Shown: positions 42,346 through 51,316, counted from the first letter of the stretch. The stretch is 58,144 bases of DNA from Candidatus Dormiibacterota bacterium (GCA_036270565.1 DATBCJ010000064.1:1-58144), one strand, 5' to 3'. The notes: generated by a model from the sequence alone, not told the origin. Program-made: numbers and translations.

Positions 42346-43116
42346 GTGACACGCCCGCTGCTCGTCGTCGGTGACGTCCAGGGCGACGTCGATCGCCTCG
42401 AGGAGGCCCTGCTGCCGTACCCGCCGGACGAGGTCGACACCATCTTTCTCGGCGACTTCTTCCAGGGCGGACGCCCCGGTCGGGGCGGCGGAGCGGCGGC
42501 TGCCCGTCTGGCTCGCTCGCGGGGCCACAGCCGGGCCGTGCTGGGCAACCACGACCTTTTCCTGCTCGCCGTCCTGGAGCGGCGCCGGGGCGTGGAGCCG
42601 CCGGAACCGTGGCGGGCTCGCGACCCGGCCGAGCTCGAGGCGCTGTGGCTGCACCGGCGCGGCGACTGGGCAGACCTCGACGCCGTCGACCGCGACCCCG
42701 GCCTGGAATCGTGGCTGCGCGAGCTGCCCTTCCTGATCCTCCTGGACGACGGCACCCTGGTGCAGCACACCGACGACGACCTCTACGCGACGCTCGGCGA
42801 CAGCGTCGACGCCGTCAATCGCCAGGCGCGCGACTGGCTGGCGGGTCCCGGCGGAGTGTTCACGGCGGTCCGCACCCTGTTCGGCCGGCGCGCCTTCCTG
42901 GAGCGCCGCCGCCTCGACGTCTACCTCGCGCATTTCGGGGCGCGCCGGCTCGTGCACGGCCACACGCCGCACTGGGAGGAGGCGCCCGCCGTCGACCACG
43001 ACGGCCTGCTCTGGGGCTTCGACGGCCGCTTCTCGCGCTACTGGTCGCGGGAGGAGGGCGAGTCCACAGGGCCCATCGGCGCCACCGTCGCCCTCCTCCC
43101 AGCGCTGGACGGGTAG
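42346..43116 (+). CDS. Calcineurin-like metallophosphoesterase (PPP/ApaH-like)
   Basis: GDVQGD, GDFFQGG, GNHD and VHGHTP, the canonical metallophosphoesterase motif series. Confidence 0.8.
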   Translation: MTRPLLVVGDVQGDVDRLEEALLPYPPDEVDTIFLGDFFQGGRPGRGGGAAAARLARSRGHSRAVLGNHDLFLLAVLERRRGVEPPEPWRARDPAELEALWLHRRGDWADLDAVDRDPGLESWLRELPFLILLDDGTLVQHTDDDLYATLGDSVDAVNRQARDWLAGPGGVFTAVRTLFGRRAFLERRRLDVYLAHFGARRLVHGHTPHWEEAPAVDHDGLLWGFDGRFSRYWSREEGESTGPIGATVALLPALDG

Positions 43117-43120
43117 ACAC

Positions 43121-44548
43121 GTGGTGGCCAACCTCGACGCCGTGGTGGTCGGCTCCGGTCCCAACGGCCTGGCCGCGGCGATCACGCTGGCGGAGCGCGG
43201 CCTGTCGGTGCACGTGGTCGAGGCGGAGAGCGAGATCGGCGGAGGCTGCCGCACGGCCGAGCTGACCCTGCCCGGATTCCACCACGACTACTGTGCCGCG
43301 GTCCTCGCCTTCGCAGAGGCATCGCCGTTCTTCCGCGCGTTCGACCCTGCGGCGCGCGGCGTCGGGTTCGTGTTTCCGCCGGCGCCGCTGGCACATCCGC
43401 TTGAAAACGACGAGGCGGTGCTTCTCGAGCGTTCCGTCGACGACACCGCCGCCAACCTCGGCGGCGACGGCGCCCGCTACCGGCGCATCTTCGCGCCGCT
43501 GGCCAGCCATGCCCCACAACTGCTCGAGCAGTTCCTCGGCCCGCTGCGGTTCCCACGCCACCCGTTGGTGGTGGGTGGGTTCGGGATTCCCGCGCTGCTG
43601 CCGGCGACGGCGTTCGCACGCATCGCCTATCGCGAGAGGCGAGCCCGCGCGCTCTTCGCGGGCGTGGCCGGTCACTCGATGCTGTCCCTGGACAGTCCGG
43701 CCAGCACCAGCATGGGGCTGATGCTCAGCCTGGTCGGTCACGCCGCCGGCTGGCCGGTGGTGCGCGGCGGCACCGCCAACGTCGTCAGCGCCCTGGCCGA
43801 CCGCCTGGTCAGCCTGGGCGGCACCATCGAGACGGGACGTCGCGTCCGCGCCCTCGCCGACCTTCCCGGCTCACGTCTGCGCCTGCTCGACCTGGTGCCG
43901 AGGGACGTCGAACGAGTCTGCGGTGACGAGTTGCCGGACCGGTATCGCAGCCGCCTGCGCCGGTACCGCTATGGCCCCGGCGTCTTCAAGGTGGACTGGG
44001 CGCTCGACGGCCCGGTGCCCTGGAGCGACCCCCGCTGCGCGCGGGCAGGGACAGTGCACGTCGGCGGCGGGCTCGAGGAGATCGTCGCCTCGGAAGCCGC
44101 GGTCGCGGCCGGCCGCCACTCCGAGCGACCGCTGGTGATCCTCGCCCAGCCCTCACTGTTCGACGCCACGCGCGCCCCCGCCGGACGCCAGACGCTGTGG
44201 GGCTACTGCCATGTGCCCAACGGGTCGCGCCGCGACATGACGGGCGCGATCGAGGCGCAGGTGGAACGATTCGCACCCGGTTTCAGGGACCGGATCATCG
44301 CCCGCAACACCATGGACAGCGCAGCGCTGGAGGCGCATAACGCCAACAACGTCGGGGGCGACATCAACGGCGGCTTGTTCAGCCTGGGCCAGCTGTTCAC
44401 CCGCCCGGCGCCGCGGATCTCGCCCTACACGACGCCCAACCGCAGCATCTTCATCTGCAGCGCATCGACGCCTCCCGGCGGCGGCGTGCACGGCATGTGT
44501 GGCTGGTGGGCGGCCCAGGCCGCCCTGCGCTCGGTCGGGCGCGGCTGA
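43121..44548 (+). CDS. Phytoene desaturase-family (CrtI-like) FAD/NAD(P)-dependent oxidoreductase
   Basis: N-terminal dinucleotide-binding motif AVVVGSGPNGLAAAITLAERG...VEAESEIGGG, with length and C-terminal GGGVHG typical of the family. Confidence 0.75.
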   Translation: MVANLDAVVVGSGPNGLAAAITLAERGLSVHVVEAESEIGGGCRTAELTLPGFHHDYCAAVLAFAEASPFFRAFDPAARGVGFVFPPAPLAHPLENDEAVLLERSVDDTAANLGGDGARYRRIFAPLASHAPQLLEQFLGPLRFPRHPLVVGGFGIPALLPATAFARIAYRERRARALFAGVAGHSMLSLDSPASTSMGLMLSLVGHAAGWPVVRGGTANVVSALADRLVSLGGTIETGRRVRALADLPGSRLRLLDLVPRDVERVCGDELPDRYRSRLRRYRYGPGVFKVDWALDGPVPWSDPRCARAGTVHVGGGLEEIVASEAAVAAGRHSERPLVILAQPSLFDATRAPAGRQTLWGYCHVPNGSRRDMTGAIEAQVERFAPGFRDRIIARNTMDSAALEAHNANNVGGDINGGLFSLGQLFTRPAPRISPYTTPNRSIFICSASTPPGGGVHGMCGWWAAQAALRSVGRG

Positions 44549-44557
44549 CCGCAGCGC

Positions 44558-44965
44558 TCAGCCTGCCTGCGCATCCTCGCCGCCGCCGAGCTCGCCGTGC
44601 AGGTGCGGCATCCCCTCCTCGACCTCGAAGCGGGTTTCGCAGGCGGGGCACTCGATGAGAGCGGCGAGCGGGTCGTCCTCAGGAGGCAGCAGGCGCATCG
44701 AGCACGAGGGACAGGTCAGCGTCACCATGCGCTCGTCGCCGCGCCGGTGCATCTCACGTGCCGCCGCCGCAACGTCCACGGCAACGCTCTGGCAGACGGC
44801 GCAGACGTAGGTCGCGCGGCTTCCGTCGTGGCCCACGTAGCGGCCGGTGCGGTCGACGAACATGGGCGCGTTGAGTGCCTCGAAACGGCCCTCAGGGCAG
44901 TTGTTGGGGCAGGCGAGGTGGCCCGGTCGCATCCTCACATGGTGGCATGACCGGCCGTTCCGCAC
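44558..44965 (-). CDS. Hypothetical double zinc-ribbon protein
   Basis: Four Cys pairs: CPNNC, CAVC, CPSC, CPAC. Last gene of the cNMP-binding, TetR, Zn-ribbon string. ATG 44932 is an alternative start. Confidence 0.5.
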   Translation of the reverse strand: MRNGRSCHHVRMRPGHLACPNNCPEGRFEALNAPMFVDRTGRYVGHDGSRATYVCAVCQSVAVDVAAAAREMHRRGDERMVTLTCPSCSMRLLPPEDDPLAALIECPACETRFEVEEGMPHLHGELGGGEDAQAG

Positions 44966-44983
44966 CCTCCGGCATGGCGCCGT

Positions 44984-45670
44984 CTACCGCGCGGCTCCGC
45001 TCTCCCTGGGGCGATCGAGCAGGGCGCGCATCCGCGCCACCGGTGGCTCCTCGCCCGCCTGCACATAGGCGGTGACCACCAGCGAGAGCAGCATCGACTT
45101 GAGCGCGTCGTAGGCGTCGATGGGATCGCTCTCGCGGAGCAGACCGGCGAGGGCGACCCCATCGATGGCTCCGGCGATCGCCTCGGCCAGGTCGCGCGGT
45201 GGCACCGTCGCCTCGCCGGGGAGCCGGCCCAGCACCTGCCGGACCTCCGCCTCGATGTCGTCAACGAAGTGCGTCCAGAGCTCGACGCAGCGTTCTCGGA
45301 TCGCCGGGTTGTTGAGCCCCACCACGTAGAGGTCGAAGAGGAGGCGGAAGAACTCCGGATGCTCCGAACAGCGGACAGCCGTGTGGTCGACGGCGGCGAC
45401 GATTCGCCCCAGCGGGTCCTCGATCCCGGCCACCGCGGACTGCCAGTCGGCAACCATCTCGCGTTCGAGGTCGTGCACGACCGCCACCAGCAGCTCTTCC
45501 TTGGAGGTGAAGTAGTAGTGCACCAGGCCAGGGGCCACGCCCGCCTCGTGAGCGATCTGCTTGACGGAGCTGTCGGAGTAGCCGGCCCGGCCGAGGACCG
45601 TGGCCGCGGCGCGGATGATCTGGCCGCGCCGTCCGGGTTCTTCGCCGGGCTGTAGCTCCAACGCCGCCAT
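44984..45670 (-). CDS. TetR/AcrR family transcriptional regulator
   Basis: HTH IIRAAATVLGRAGYSDSSVKQIAHEAGVAPGLVHYYFTSKEELL. ATG 45670 lies 4 nt after GGAGGG. Confidence 0.88.
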   Translation of the reverse strand: MAALELQPGEEPGRRGQIIRAAATVLGRAGYSDSSVKQIAHEAGVAPGLVHYYFTSKEELLVAVVHDLEREMVADWQSAVAGIEDPLGRIVAAVDHTAVRCSEHPEFFRLLFDLYVVGLNNPAIRERCVELWTHFVDDIEAEVRQVLGRLPGEATVPPRDLAEAIAGAIDGVALAGLLRESDPIDAYDALKSMLLSLVVTAYVQAGEEPPVARMRALLDRPRESGAAR

Positions 45671-45696
45671 CAAACCCTCCAACCGCCCGATTCCGA

Positions 45697-45716
45697 GATT
45701 GGGCAACTGTCCAATC
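45697..45716 (-). promoter_or_regulatory. Inverted repeat upstream of the second tetR
   Basis: GATTGG-GCAACTGT-CCAATC (6-bp perfect arms), 27-46 nt upstream of the TetR ATG in the 83-nt gap after the cNMP-binding gene. Confidence 0.35.
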
Positions 45717-45753
45717 CTAGTCGCTCCCGGCACGGTTGGCCGGGCCAGGCCCC

Positions 45754-46281
45754 TCAGTCGCCACCGGCCTCGATGGCCGGCGGCTGGCGGCGCCCGGTCA
45801 GGTCGGTGAAGCGGGTCACCAGCACGTGGAGGACGTTGAGGCCAAGCTGGGGATGCTCGAGGAGCAGGGCCTCGAGCTTGCCATTGGGGAGCACGAGGCA
45901 GCGCAGCGGAGTCTCGGCGCGAACCGACGCGGTCCGGAGCCCGGCTCCCAGCACGGCCATCTCGCCGAAGAAGTCGCCCGGGCCCAGCGTCGCCACCCGC
46001 CAGCCGTCCACGATCACCGCGGCGGCCCCGGCGACCACGAGGAAGAAGTCACTGCCGCGCAGGCCCTCCACCAGCACCCGCCGACCCCTGAGGTAGTGGA
46101 CCTCATCGAAGCTGGCCAGGACGCGACCGATCTCGCTCCTGTCCATGCCGGCGAAGAGAGGTGCCGCAGCCACGGCCGGGGCCAGCTCGGTGGCGCCGGT
46201 TGTGCTGGGCAGCCATTCCGAGGGCTGAGCCACCATCGCCTCAGCCGGGATCAGCCCCCGCCGCCTGACCGTGATTTTCAT
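45754..46281 (-). CDS. Cyclic-nucleotide-binding domain protein (no DNA-binding domain)
   Basis: cNMP-binding beta-roll signature GPGDFFGEMAVLGAGLRTASVRA. 175 aa. GGAGGG SD before ATG 46281. Confidence 0.8.
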   Translation of the reverse strand: MKITVRRRGLIPAEAMVAQPSEWLPSTTGATELAPAVAAAPLFAGMDRSEIGRVLASFDEVHYLRGRRVLVEGLRGSDFFLVVAGAAAVIVDGWRVATLGPGDFFGEMAVLGAGLRTASVRAETPLRCLVLPNGKLEALLLEHPQLGLNVLHVLVTRFTDLTGRRQPPAIEAGGD

Positions 46282-46320
46282 GAGAGATGTCCCTCCTGTT
46301 CCGTGTCGAGACCATCTTAG

Positions 46321-46336
46321 TTGGTTGACCGACCAA
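46321..46336 (-). promoter_or_regulatory. Operator-like inverted repeat related to the 26.1/26.7 kb TetR sites
   Basis: TTGGT-TGACCG-ACCAA, compared with TTGAT-TGACCG-ATCAC (26.7 kb) and TTGAT-GAACCG-ATCAA (26.1 kb). Lies 40-55 nt upstream of the cNMP-binding gene start. Confidence 0.4.
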
Positions 46337-46379
46337 GAGGCAAGCCCGTGGGAACCCCGTGATCGGACCCACGCGGGAC

Positions 46380-47228
46380 CTACAGCGGCTTGTGGAAGGA
46401 CATCCCGATGGCGCCGGGGCCGCCGTGGCAGCCGATCACCGGGCCGACGTCGATCAGCCGAACCGGCTCACCGGCGATGTCAGCCGCGCGACGAGCGATC
46501 TCGGATGCGGCCTCGGGCATGTCGGCGTGGGTCACCAACACCGCCGCCCGCCCGCCCCAGGCGGCGGCGGAGGCGGCCGCCTCCTCGAGCAGCCTGTCCA
46601 GCGCGCGTGGGAAGGTGCGGACGCGGTGGAGGGGTTCGACCGTGCCCTCGCGCACCTCCAGGATCGGCTTGATGTTGAGCATCGAGCCGAGCAGCGCCCG
46701 CGCCCCCCCGATCCGGCCTCCACGGCGCAGGTATTCGAGGCTTTCGACGGTGAAGACCAGACGTTGGGTGGAGCGGATCCGTTCCGCCACCTCCTCGAGC
46801 TGGTCGGCATCCGCCCCCGCCGCCGCGGCCGCGAGCAGCGCCTCGACGACCTGCTGGTGTCCCGGGCCGACCGACCGGGTGTCGATGAGCCTGATGTCGA
46901 GGTCGGGCAGGGCGGCGCGCGCCGCCACCGCGGAGCTGTGGGTGCCGCTCATCGCCGCCGAGATGGTTGTGCAGACCACCGGCGCGCCGTCGGCGCCGAC
47001 CGCCCGGAACACCGCCTCGAATTCCGCCGGAGTCGGTTGCGAGGTGCGCGGGACCACCGTGGACGCGCGCATCCGCGCGTAGAGGGTGGCCGGGTCGATG
47101 TCGACGCCGTCGGCGAACACCTCCTCCCCGATGATCACCTTGAGGGGCACGATGACCAGGCCGAGCGCGGCGGCCTCGTCGGTGGGGATGTCGCACGTGC
47201 TGTCGGCCACCAGGTGAACTGCGCTCAC
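46380..47228 (-). CDS. DegV family (fatty-acid-binding) protein
   Basis: VADSTCDIP, TSQPTPAEF, SGTHSSA and LEYLRRGGRIG motifs. Start placed at GTG 47228; upstream ORF sequence is Arg/Pro/Gly junk. Confidence 0.85.
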   Translation of the reverse strand: MSAVHLVADSTCDIPTDEAAALGLVIVPLKVIIGEEVFADGVDIDPATLYARMRASTVVPRTSQPTPAEFEAVFRAVGADGAPVVCTTISAAMSGTHSSAVAARAALPDLDIRLIDTRSVGPGHQQVVEALLAAAAAGADADQLEEVAERIRSTQRLVFTVESLEYLRRGGRIGGARALLGSMLNIKPILEVREGTVEPLHRVRTFPRALDRLLEEAAASAAAWGGRAAVLVTHADMPEAASEIARRAADIAGEPVRLIDVGPVIGCHGGPGAIGMSFHKPL

Positions 47229-47275
47229 GGCAGCAAGCGTACCCAGCGCGGCGGCGGGTGGTTCGCCGTGGTCGC

Positions 47276-48112
47276 TCAGCCGCGGAGGAGGAGCAGCGCC
47301 CCAGCCAGGTTGCGGTCGTCGCCCAGCTCCGCGACGCGGATGTCCGGAGGCGGTTGCAGCCTGAGGTGGGCGGCAACGGTGGCGCGGATGGCCGGCTCGA
47401 GCCGCGCCCAGCGCGGCGTCGCCACGCCGCCGCCGAACACCACCCGGTCGCAATCGAGCAGGGCCACCGTGTTGACCACCGCCAGGCCCAGCCACGCCCC
47501 CACGTCATCCCACACGACCTGCTCCTCGATCTCCTCGGCGGGACGGCCGAACCGAGCGGCGATGGCGCGACCGCTGGCGATCGCCTCCAGGCATCCGGCG
47601 CCCCCGCACTCGCATGGCGGTCCCCCGACACGCTTGGGCCAGAGCACCTGGTGGCCTCCCTCGTTGTCGTGGCGCTCGACGATGAGCTCGCCGTCACGGA
47701 CCTCGCCGGTGCCGATCCCCGTGGAGACGGTGTAGTAGACCAGCAGCCGCGATCCGCGGCCGGCGCCCAGATGGGCCTCGGCAAGGGCAGCGCAGTTGGC
47801 GTCGTTCTCCACCCGAACAGGGCAACCGAAGTGCTCTCGCAGTGGCGCCGCGATGGCGAGACGATGCCAGGCCACGGACAGCCCGGGTGGGTTGAGGAGC
47901 AGACCCTGGTCGCGGTCGAACGGGCCCGGAACGGCCACCCCGATCGCATCCAGAGCCTCTCCACGGCGAGCCTCGTCGAGCATCTCGACCAGCACCCTGA
48001 TGACCTCGCCGCTGCGCGGGGTGGGGCGACGAACCGTCGCGCCGACGCTGCGGCCGGGCAAAACCGCGGCCGCCAGCAGCTTGGTTCCCCCGATGTCGAT
48101 CAGCCCGATCAT
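47276..48112 (-). CDS. ROK family sugar kinase (glucokinase-like)
   Basis: MIGLIDIGGTK (ATP-binding), ENDANCAALAE, and the ROK zinc motif CECGGAGCLE. Start placed at ATG 48112; the rest of the 552-aa ORF is antisense to coaX. Confidence 0.85.
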   Translation of the reverse strand: MIGLIDIGGTKLLAAAVLPGRSVGATVRRPTPRSGEVIRVLVEMLDEARRGEALDAIGVAVPGPFDRDQGLLLNPPGLSVAWHRLAIAAPLREHFGCPVRVENDANCAALAEAHLGAGRGSRLLVYYTVSTGIGTGEVRDGELIVERHDNEGGHQVLWPKRVGGPPCECGGAGCLEAIASGRAIAARFGRPAEEIEEQVVWDDVGAWLGLAVVNTVALLDCDRVVFGGGVATPRWARLEPAIRATVAAHLRLQPPPDIRVAELGDDRNLAGALLLLRG

Positions 48113-48184
48113 GTGGGCCGCAACGCTAGCGATCCCGCGGGGCTGCGCGCATCGCTGACCGCGAGCATTTCTACAATCCGCGCG

Positions 48185-48952
48185 ATGCTGCTCGCGGTCG
48201 ACATCGGCAACACCAACATCGTCGTCGGGGTGTTCGACGGCGAGCGGCTGGTGGCTGACTTCCGGCTGCACACCAACGAGCTCTCCACGGGCGACGAACT
48301 CGGCCTGGCCACCAGCGACCTGCTCCGCCGCCGTGGCATCGATCCCGCAGCGATCGACGCCGTTGCCGTGGCCAACGTGGTCCCCCCGCTGGCCCGAGCC
48401 GTGGATGAGATGTCGCGTGTGTACTTCGGCCAGGCCCCGCTGGTGGTGGGCCCCGGCATCCGCACCGGGGTCAGCATCCGCTACGAGGACCCCCGGCTGG
48501 TCGGAGCCGACCGGATCGCCAACGCTATCGCCGGTCGCCACCTCCACGGTGCCCCCGTCATCCTTCTCGACTTCGGCACCGCGACCACCTTCGACTGCGT
48601 ATCGGCGGCCGGGGAGTACCTCGGCGGCGCCATGGCCCCGGGCATCCTGATCAGCCTCGACGCGCTGGTCAGCCACGCCTCCAAGCTGAACCGTGTCGAG
48701 CTGACCGCCCCGACGTCGGTGATCGGGCGCAACCCGGCGGCGTCGATGCAGGCGGGGTTCGTGTTCGGCTACGTCGGCCTGGTCCAGGGGATCGTCTCGC
48801 GGATGCGCGCCGAGATCGGCGCGGAGGCGAAGGTGATCGCCACCGGGGGCCTGGCCTCGCTGTTCGCACCGCTGATCCCCGAGATCGAGGCGGTGGACCC
48901 CAACCTCACGCTGGTCGGGCTGCGACTCATCCATCAGCTCAACGCCGACTGA
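48185..48952 (+). CDS. coaX: Type III pantothenate kinase
   Basis: MLLAVDIGNTN, GADRIANA, DFGTATTFD and IATGGLA. Start placed at ATG 48185. Confidence 0.92.
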   Translation: MLLAVDIGNTNIVVGVFDGERLVADFRLHTNELSTGDELGLATSDLLRRRGIDPAAIDAVAVANVVPPLARAVDEMSRVYFGQAPLVVGPGIRTGVSIRYEDPRLVGADRIANAIAGRHLHGAPVILLDFGTATTFDCVSAAGEYLGGAMAPGILISLDALVSHASKLNRVELTAPTSVIGRNPAASMQAGFVFGYVGLVQGIVSRMRAEIGAEAKVIATGGLASLFAPLIPEIEAVDPNLTLVGLRLIHQLNAD

Positions 48953-48990
48953 GGATCGCCCGGCGGCGCTGCCCGTAAGATCGAGCGGTC

Positions 48991-50031
48991 ATGGCCATCA
49001 CCGCACCGCCTCGCCCCGCGCTGCGCATCGGCGGGCTCGAGCTGACCTCACAGGTGCTGATCGCGCCGATGGTGGGCATCACCGACGCTCCCTGCCGCCA
49101 GCTCGCCGTCGAGATGGGCGCCGGGCTGGTCTCCACCGAGATGGTGGCCAGCGAGGCGGTGGTCCGCAGCCTGGACGCCAGCCTGCACCTGCTCGACTTC
49201 CCCGCCGGCGTCGGCCCCGCCGGCGCCCAGCTGGTGGGTCGTGATCCCGTGGTGATGGCCGCCGCCGCCCAGGTCTGCGTCGAACGCGGCGCCCAGACGG
49301 TCGACGTCAACCTCGGTTGCCCCGTCAGGAAGGTGGTGGGCCGGGGCAGCGGTGCCGCCCTGGCGCGCGACATCAAGGCGACGGTCGATGTCCTGGCGGC
49401 GATGGTGACCGCGGTCGACGTGCCGGTCACGGCCAAGATGCGCCTCGGCTGGGACGCGCAGAGCATCAACGCGCCGGAGCTGGCCCGTGCCCTGGCGGGC
49501 GTGGGCGTCGCCGCCGTCACCGTCCACGGGCGCACTCGCTGCCAGGGGTACTCGGGAGAGGCCGACTGGGCCGAGATCGCGCGCGTCAAGGAGGCTGTGG
49601 ACATCCCGGTCATCGGCAGCGGCGACGTCGAGGACGTTCGCCTCCTCGAACGTCGCATCCGTGCCGGCGTCGTCGACGGTGTCGTGATCGCGCGCGGCAT
49701 GCTCGGCAACTTCTGGATGATCCGGCAGGCCACCCACCTGCTGGCCACCGGCGAGCTTCTCGCCGACCTCGATTTCGCCTCGCGAATGGCCCTCTGCCGC
49801 CGCCACCTCGGTCTGCTCGTGGCCTACCACGGCGCCCAGCGCGCGCTGCGGATCGGGCGCAAGTACGTTGCCTGGTCGATCAAGGGCTGCAACGGCGCCG
49901 CCCGGCTTCGGGCCATGGTGCAGGACCTCGACAGCCTCGAGGATCTCGACACCATCTTCGACCTGGCCCTCTCGGCCGGGCTGGGCGCGGAGGGTTGGTA
50001 CCGGCCCATCTTCAGCAGTGGCGAGGGATGA
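48991..50031 (+). CDS. dusB: tRNA-dihydrouridine synthase
   Basis: IAPMVGITDAPCR, VDVNLGCPV, VTVHGRTR and GSGD motifs. Confidence 0.9.
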   Translation: MAITAPPRPALRIGGLELTSQVLIAPMVGITDAPCRQLAVEMGAGLVSTEMVASEAVVRSLDASLHLLDFPAGVGPAGAQLVGRDPVVMAAAAQVCVERGAQTVDVNLGCPVRKVVGRGSGAALARDIKATVDVLAAMVTAVDVPVTAKMRLGWDAQSINAPELARALAGVGVAAVTVHGRTRCQGYSGEADWAEIARVKEAVDIPVIGSGDVEDVRLLERRIRAGVVDGVVIARGMLGNFWMIRQATHLLATGELLADLDFASRMALCRRHLGLLVAYHGAQRALRIGRKYVAWSIKGCNGAARLRAMVQDLDSLEDLDTIFDLALSAGLGAEGWYRPIFSSGEG

Positions 50032-50324
50032 GCGACTCGCGACTCGGCCCGCCGGTCGAGCTGCCCTGGTGGGTCGTTCCCCTGGCGATCCCGCCTGCGC
50101 TGGTGGTCATCGGCGGCCTCATCCTCGCCGCCCCGCTGTGGGCGCACCTGCTCGCCGTGCTCTCATCGCTGGCCGTTCTCGCCGCCCTGGCCAGGGTGGC
50201 GACCCGGGTGACCAGCACCAGCATGCAGAGCGTCTGGATCAGCGCCGCCTACGCCGTCTGGGTCTTCACCATCATCACCTGGGCCGTGGTGGTCGCCACC
50301 ACCCCCACCTGCCACTGCACGTGA
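50028..50324 (+). CDS. Hypothetical membrane protein (98 aa, 3 TM)
   Basis: ATG 50028 overlaps the dusB stop (ATGA). Hydrophobic segments WWVVPLAIPPALVVIGGLILAAPLW, LLAVLSSLAVLAALA and AAYAVWVFTIITWAVVVA. Confidence 0.5.
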   Translation: MSDSRLGPPVELPWWVVPLAIPPALVVIGGLILAAPLWAHLLAVLSSLAVLAALARVATRVTSTSMQSVWISAAYAVWVFTIITWAVVVATTPTCHCT

Positions 50325-50540
50325 CCCAGGTCACCCCCAAAAATCCAACCGCGCGACCCAGAACCACAAAGAGCTGTGCTCGAAAAAGGCGCCCCAATAG
50401 GCGGTGTCGCAGCCGACCCTCTCGAAGCCAGCCCCATCCCACAAGGTATGTCACCAACGACCCAGTCGAAGCGCCCGCCCCCTAAAAGAATCCCAGCGCG
50501 AAGCGCAGCGGCGCACGAGGTGCGCCGAGGGGATGGGTGT

Positions 50541-50592
50541 GCGCGGTCGAATTCATTTCGACCGCGCGAGGGAAGGGGATCTGCCCCTTCCC
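50541..50592. other. Two adjacent perfect GC-rich hairpins in a long intergenic region
   Basis: GCGCGGTCGAA-TTCAT-TTCGACCGCGC (11 bp stem, 50541-50567), then GGGAAGGGG-ATCTG-CCCCTTCCC (9 bp stem, 50570-50592), followed by TGTAAAAAAAG. Neither strand shows a 3' U-tract in the terminator sense. Confidence 0.6.
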
Positions 50593-50809
50593 TGTAAAAA
50601 AAGAGGGCGCCCCTGGCGTACCAGAGACGCCCCGAGAGGGGGGGCTATGTGTCGTCGAATCGGTCCCGTGATGATACCCGGGGTGTCACATCCGGTCAAC
50701 GAGCGTCGACGATTCGTCACATCCTTGACAGGAAGGTCTCACCTATACTCCGGCGTCTCATTCCCGACCGGGGCAGCCTCCGCCCCGACGTTGGCGAGGG
50801 CCACCGACA

Positions 50810-51271
50810 ATGGACAAACCCGTTCTGCTGACGCCCGAGGGGCAACAGAAGCTCGAGACGGAGCTGGAAGAACTTCGCACCGTGCGACGCGCCGAGATCG
50901 CTGAGCGCATCAAGTACGCCAAGGACTTCGGCGACATCTCGGAGAACGCCGAGTACGAGGACGCCAAGAATGAACAGGGCATGGTCGAGGGTCGCATCCT
51001 CACACTCGAGAACATGCTTCGCAACGTCGTGCTCATCGAGGAGTCCAAGGACACGAGCGTGGTGCGCGTCGGCTCCGAGGTCGAGCTGAAAGACGAGTTC
51101 GGCAAGCAGGTGTTCACCATCGTCGGGCCGGCGGAGGTCGATGTCTCCAGTGGCCGCATATCGATGGAGTCCCCGGTTGGCAAGGCGCTGATCGGCCACC
51201 GCAACGGCGACTCCGTCGACGTGCAGAGCCCCGGTGGGACGCGCCGCGTCAAGATCGTCCGCGTCTCCTGA
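50810..51271 (+). CDS. greA: Transcription elongation factor GreA
   Basis: LTPEGQQKLETELEEL...AKDFGDISENAEYEDAK (coiled-coil tip) and the C-terminal globular domain ISMESPVGKALIG. Confidence 0.95.
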   Translation: MDKPVLLTPEGQQKLETELEELRTVRRAEIAERIKYAKDFGDISENAEYEDAKNEQGMVEGRILTLENMLRNVVLIEESKDTSVVRVGSEVELKDEFGKQVFTIVGPAEVDVSSGRISMESPVGKALIGHRNGDSVDVQSPGGTRRVKIVRVS

Positions 51272-51316
51272 CCCGCGGCGTCGCGGCCGCGGAGCAAAGG
51301 CCGAAGATACGTCGTC

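Noticed and set aside
46480-47964. 494-aa minus-strand ORF spanning the DegV and ROK loci in another frame, plus the N-terminal extensions of the 371-aa and 552-aa ORFs
   Set aside because: Out-of-frame overlaps with Arg/Pro/Gly-rich sequence. The DegV and ROK cores start at GTG 47228 and ATG 48112, where recognisable N-terminal motifs begin.
50725-50749. Near-consensus TTGACA and TATACT hexamers upstream of greA as a sigma-70 promoter
   Set aside because: The spacer is only 13 nt (50731-50743), well short of the usual 16-18 nt. TATACT alone may still serve as a -10 element, but the pair is not called as a promoter.
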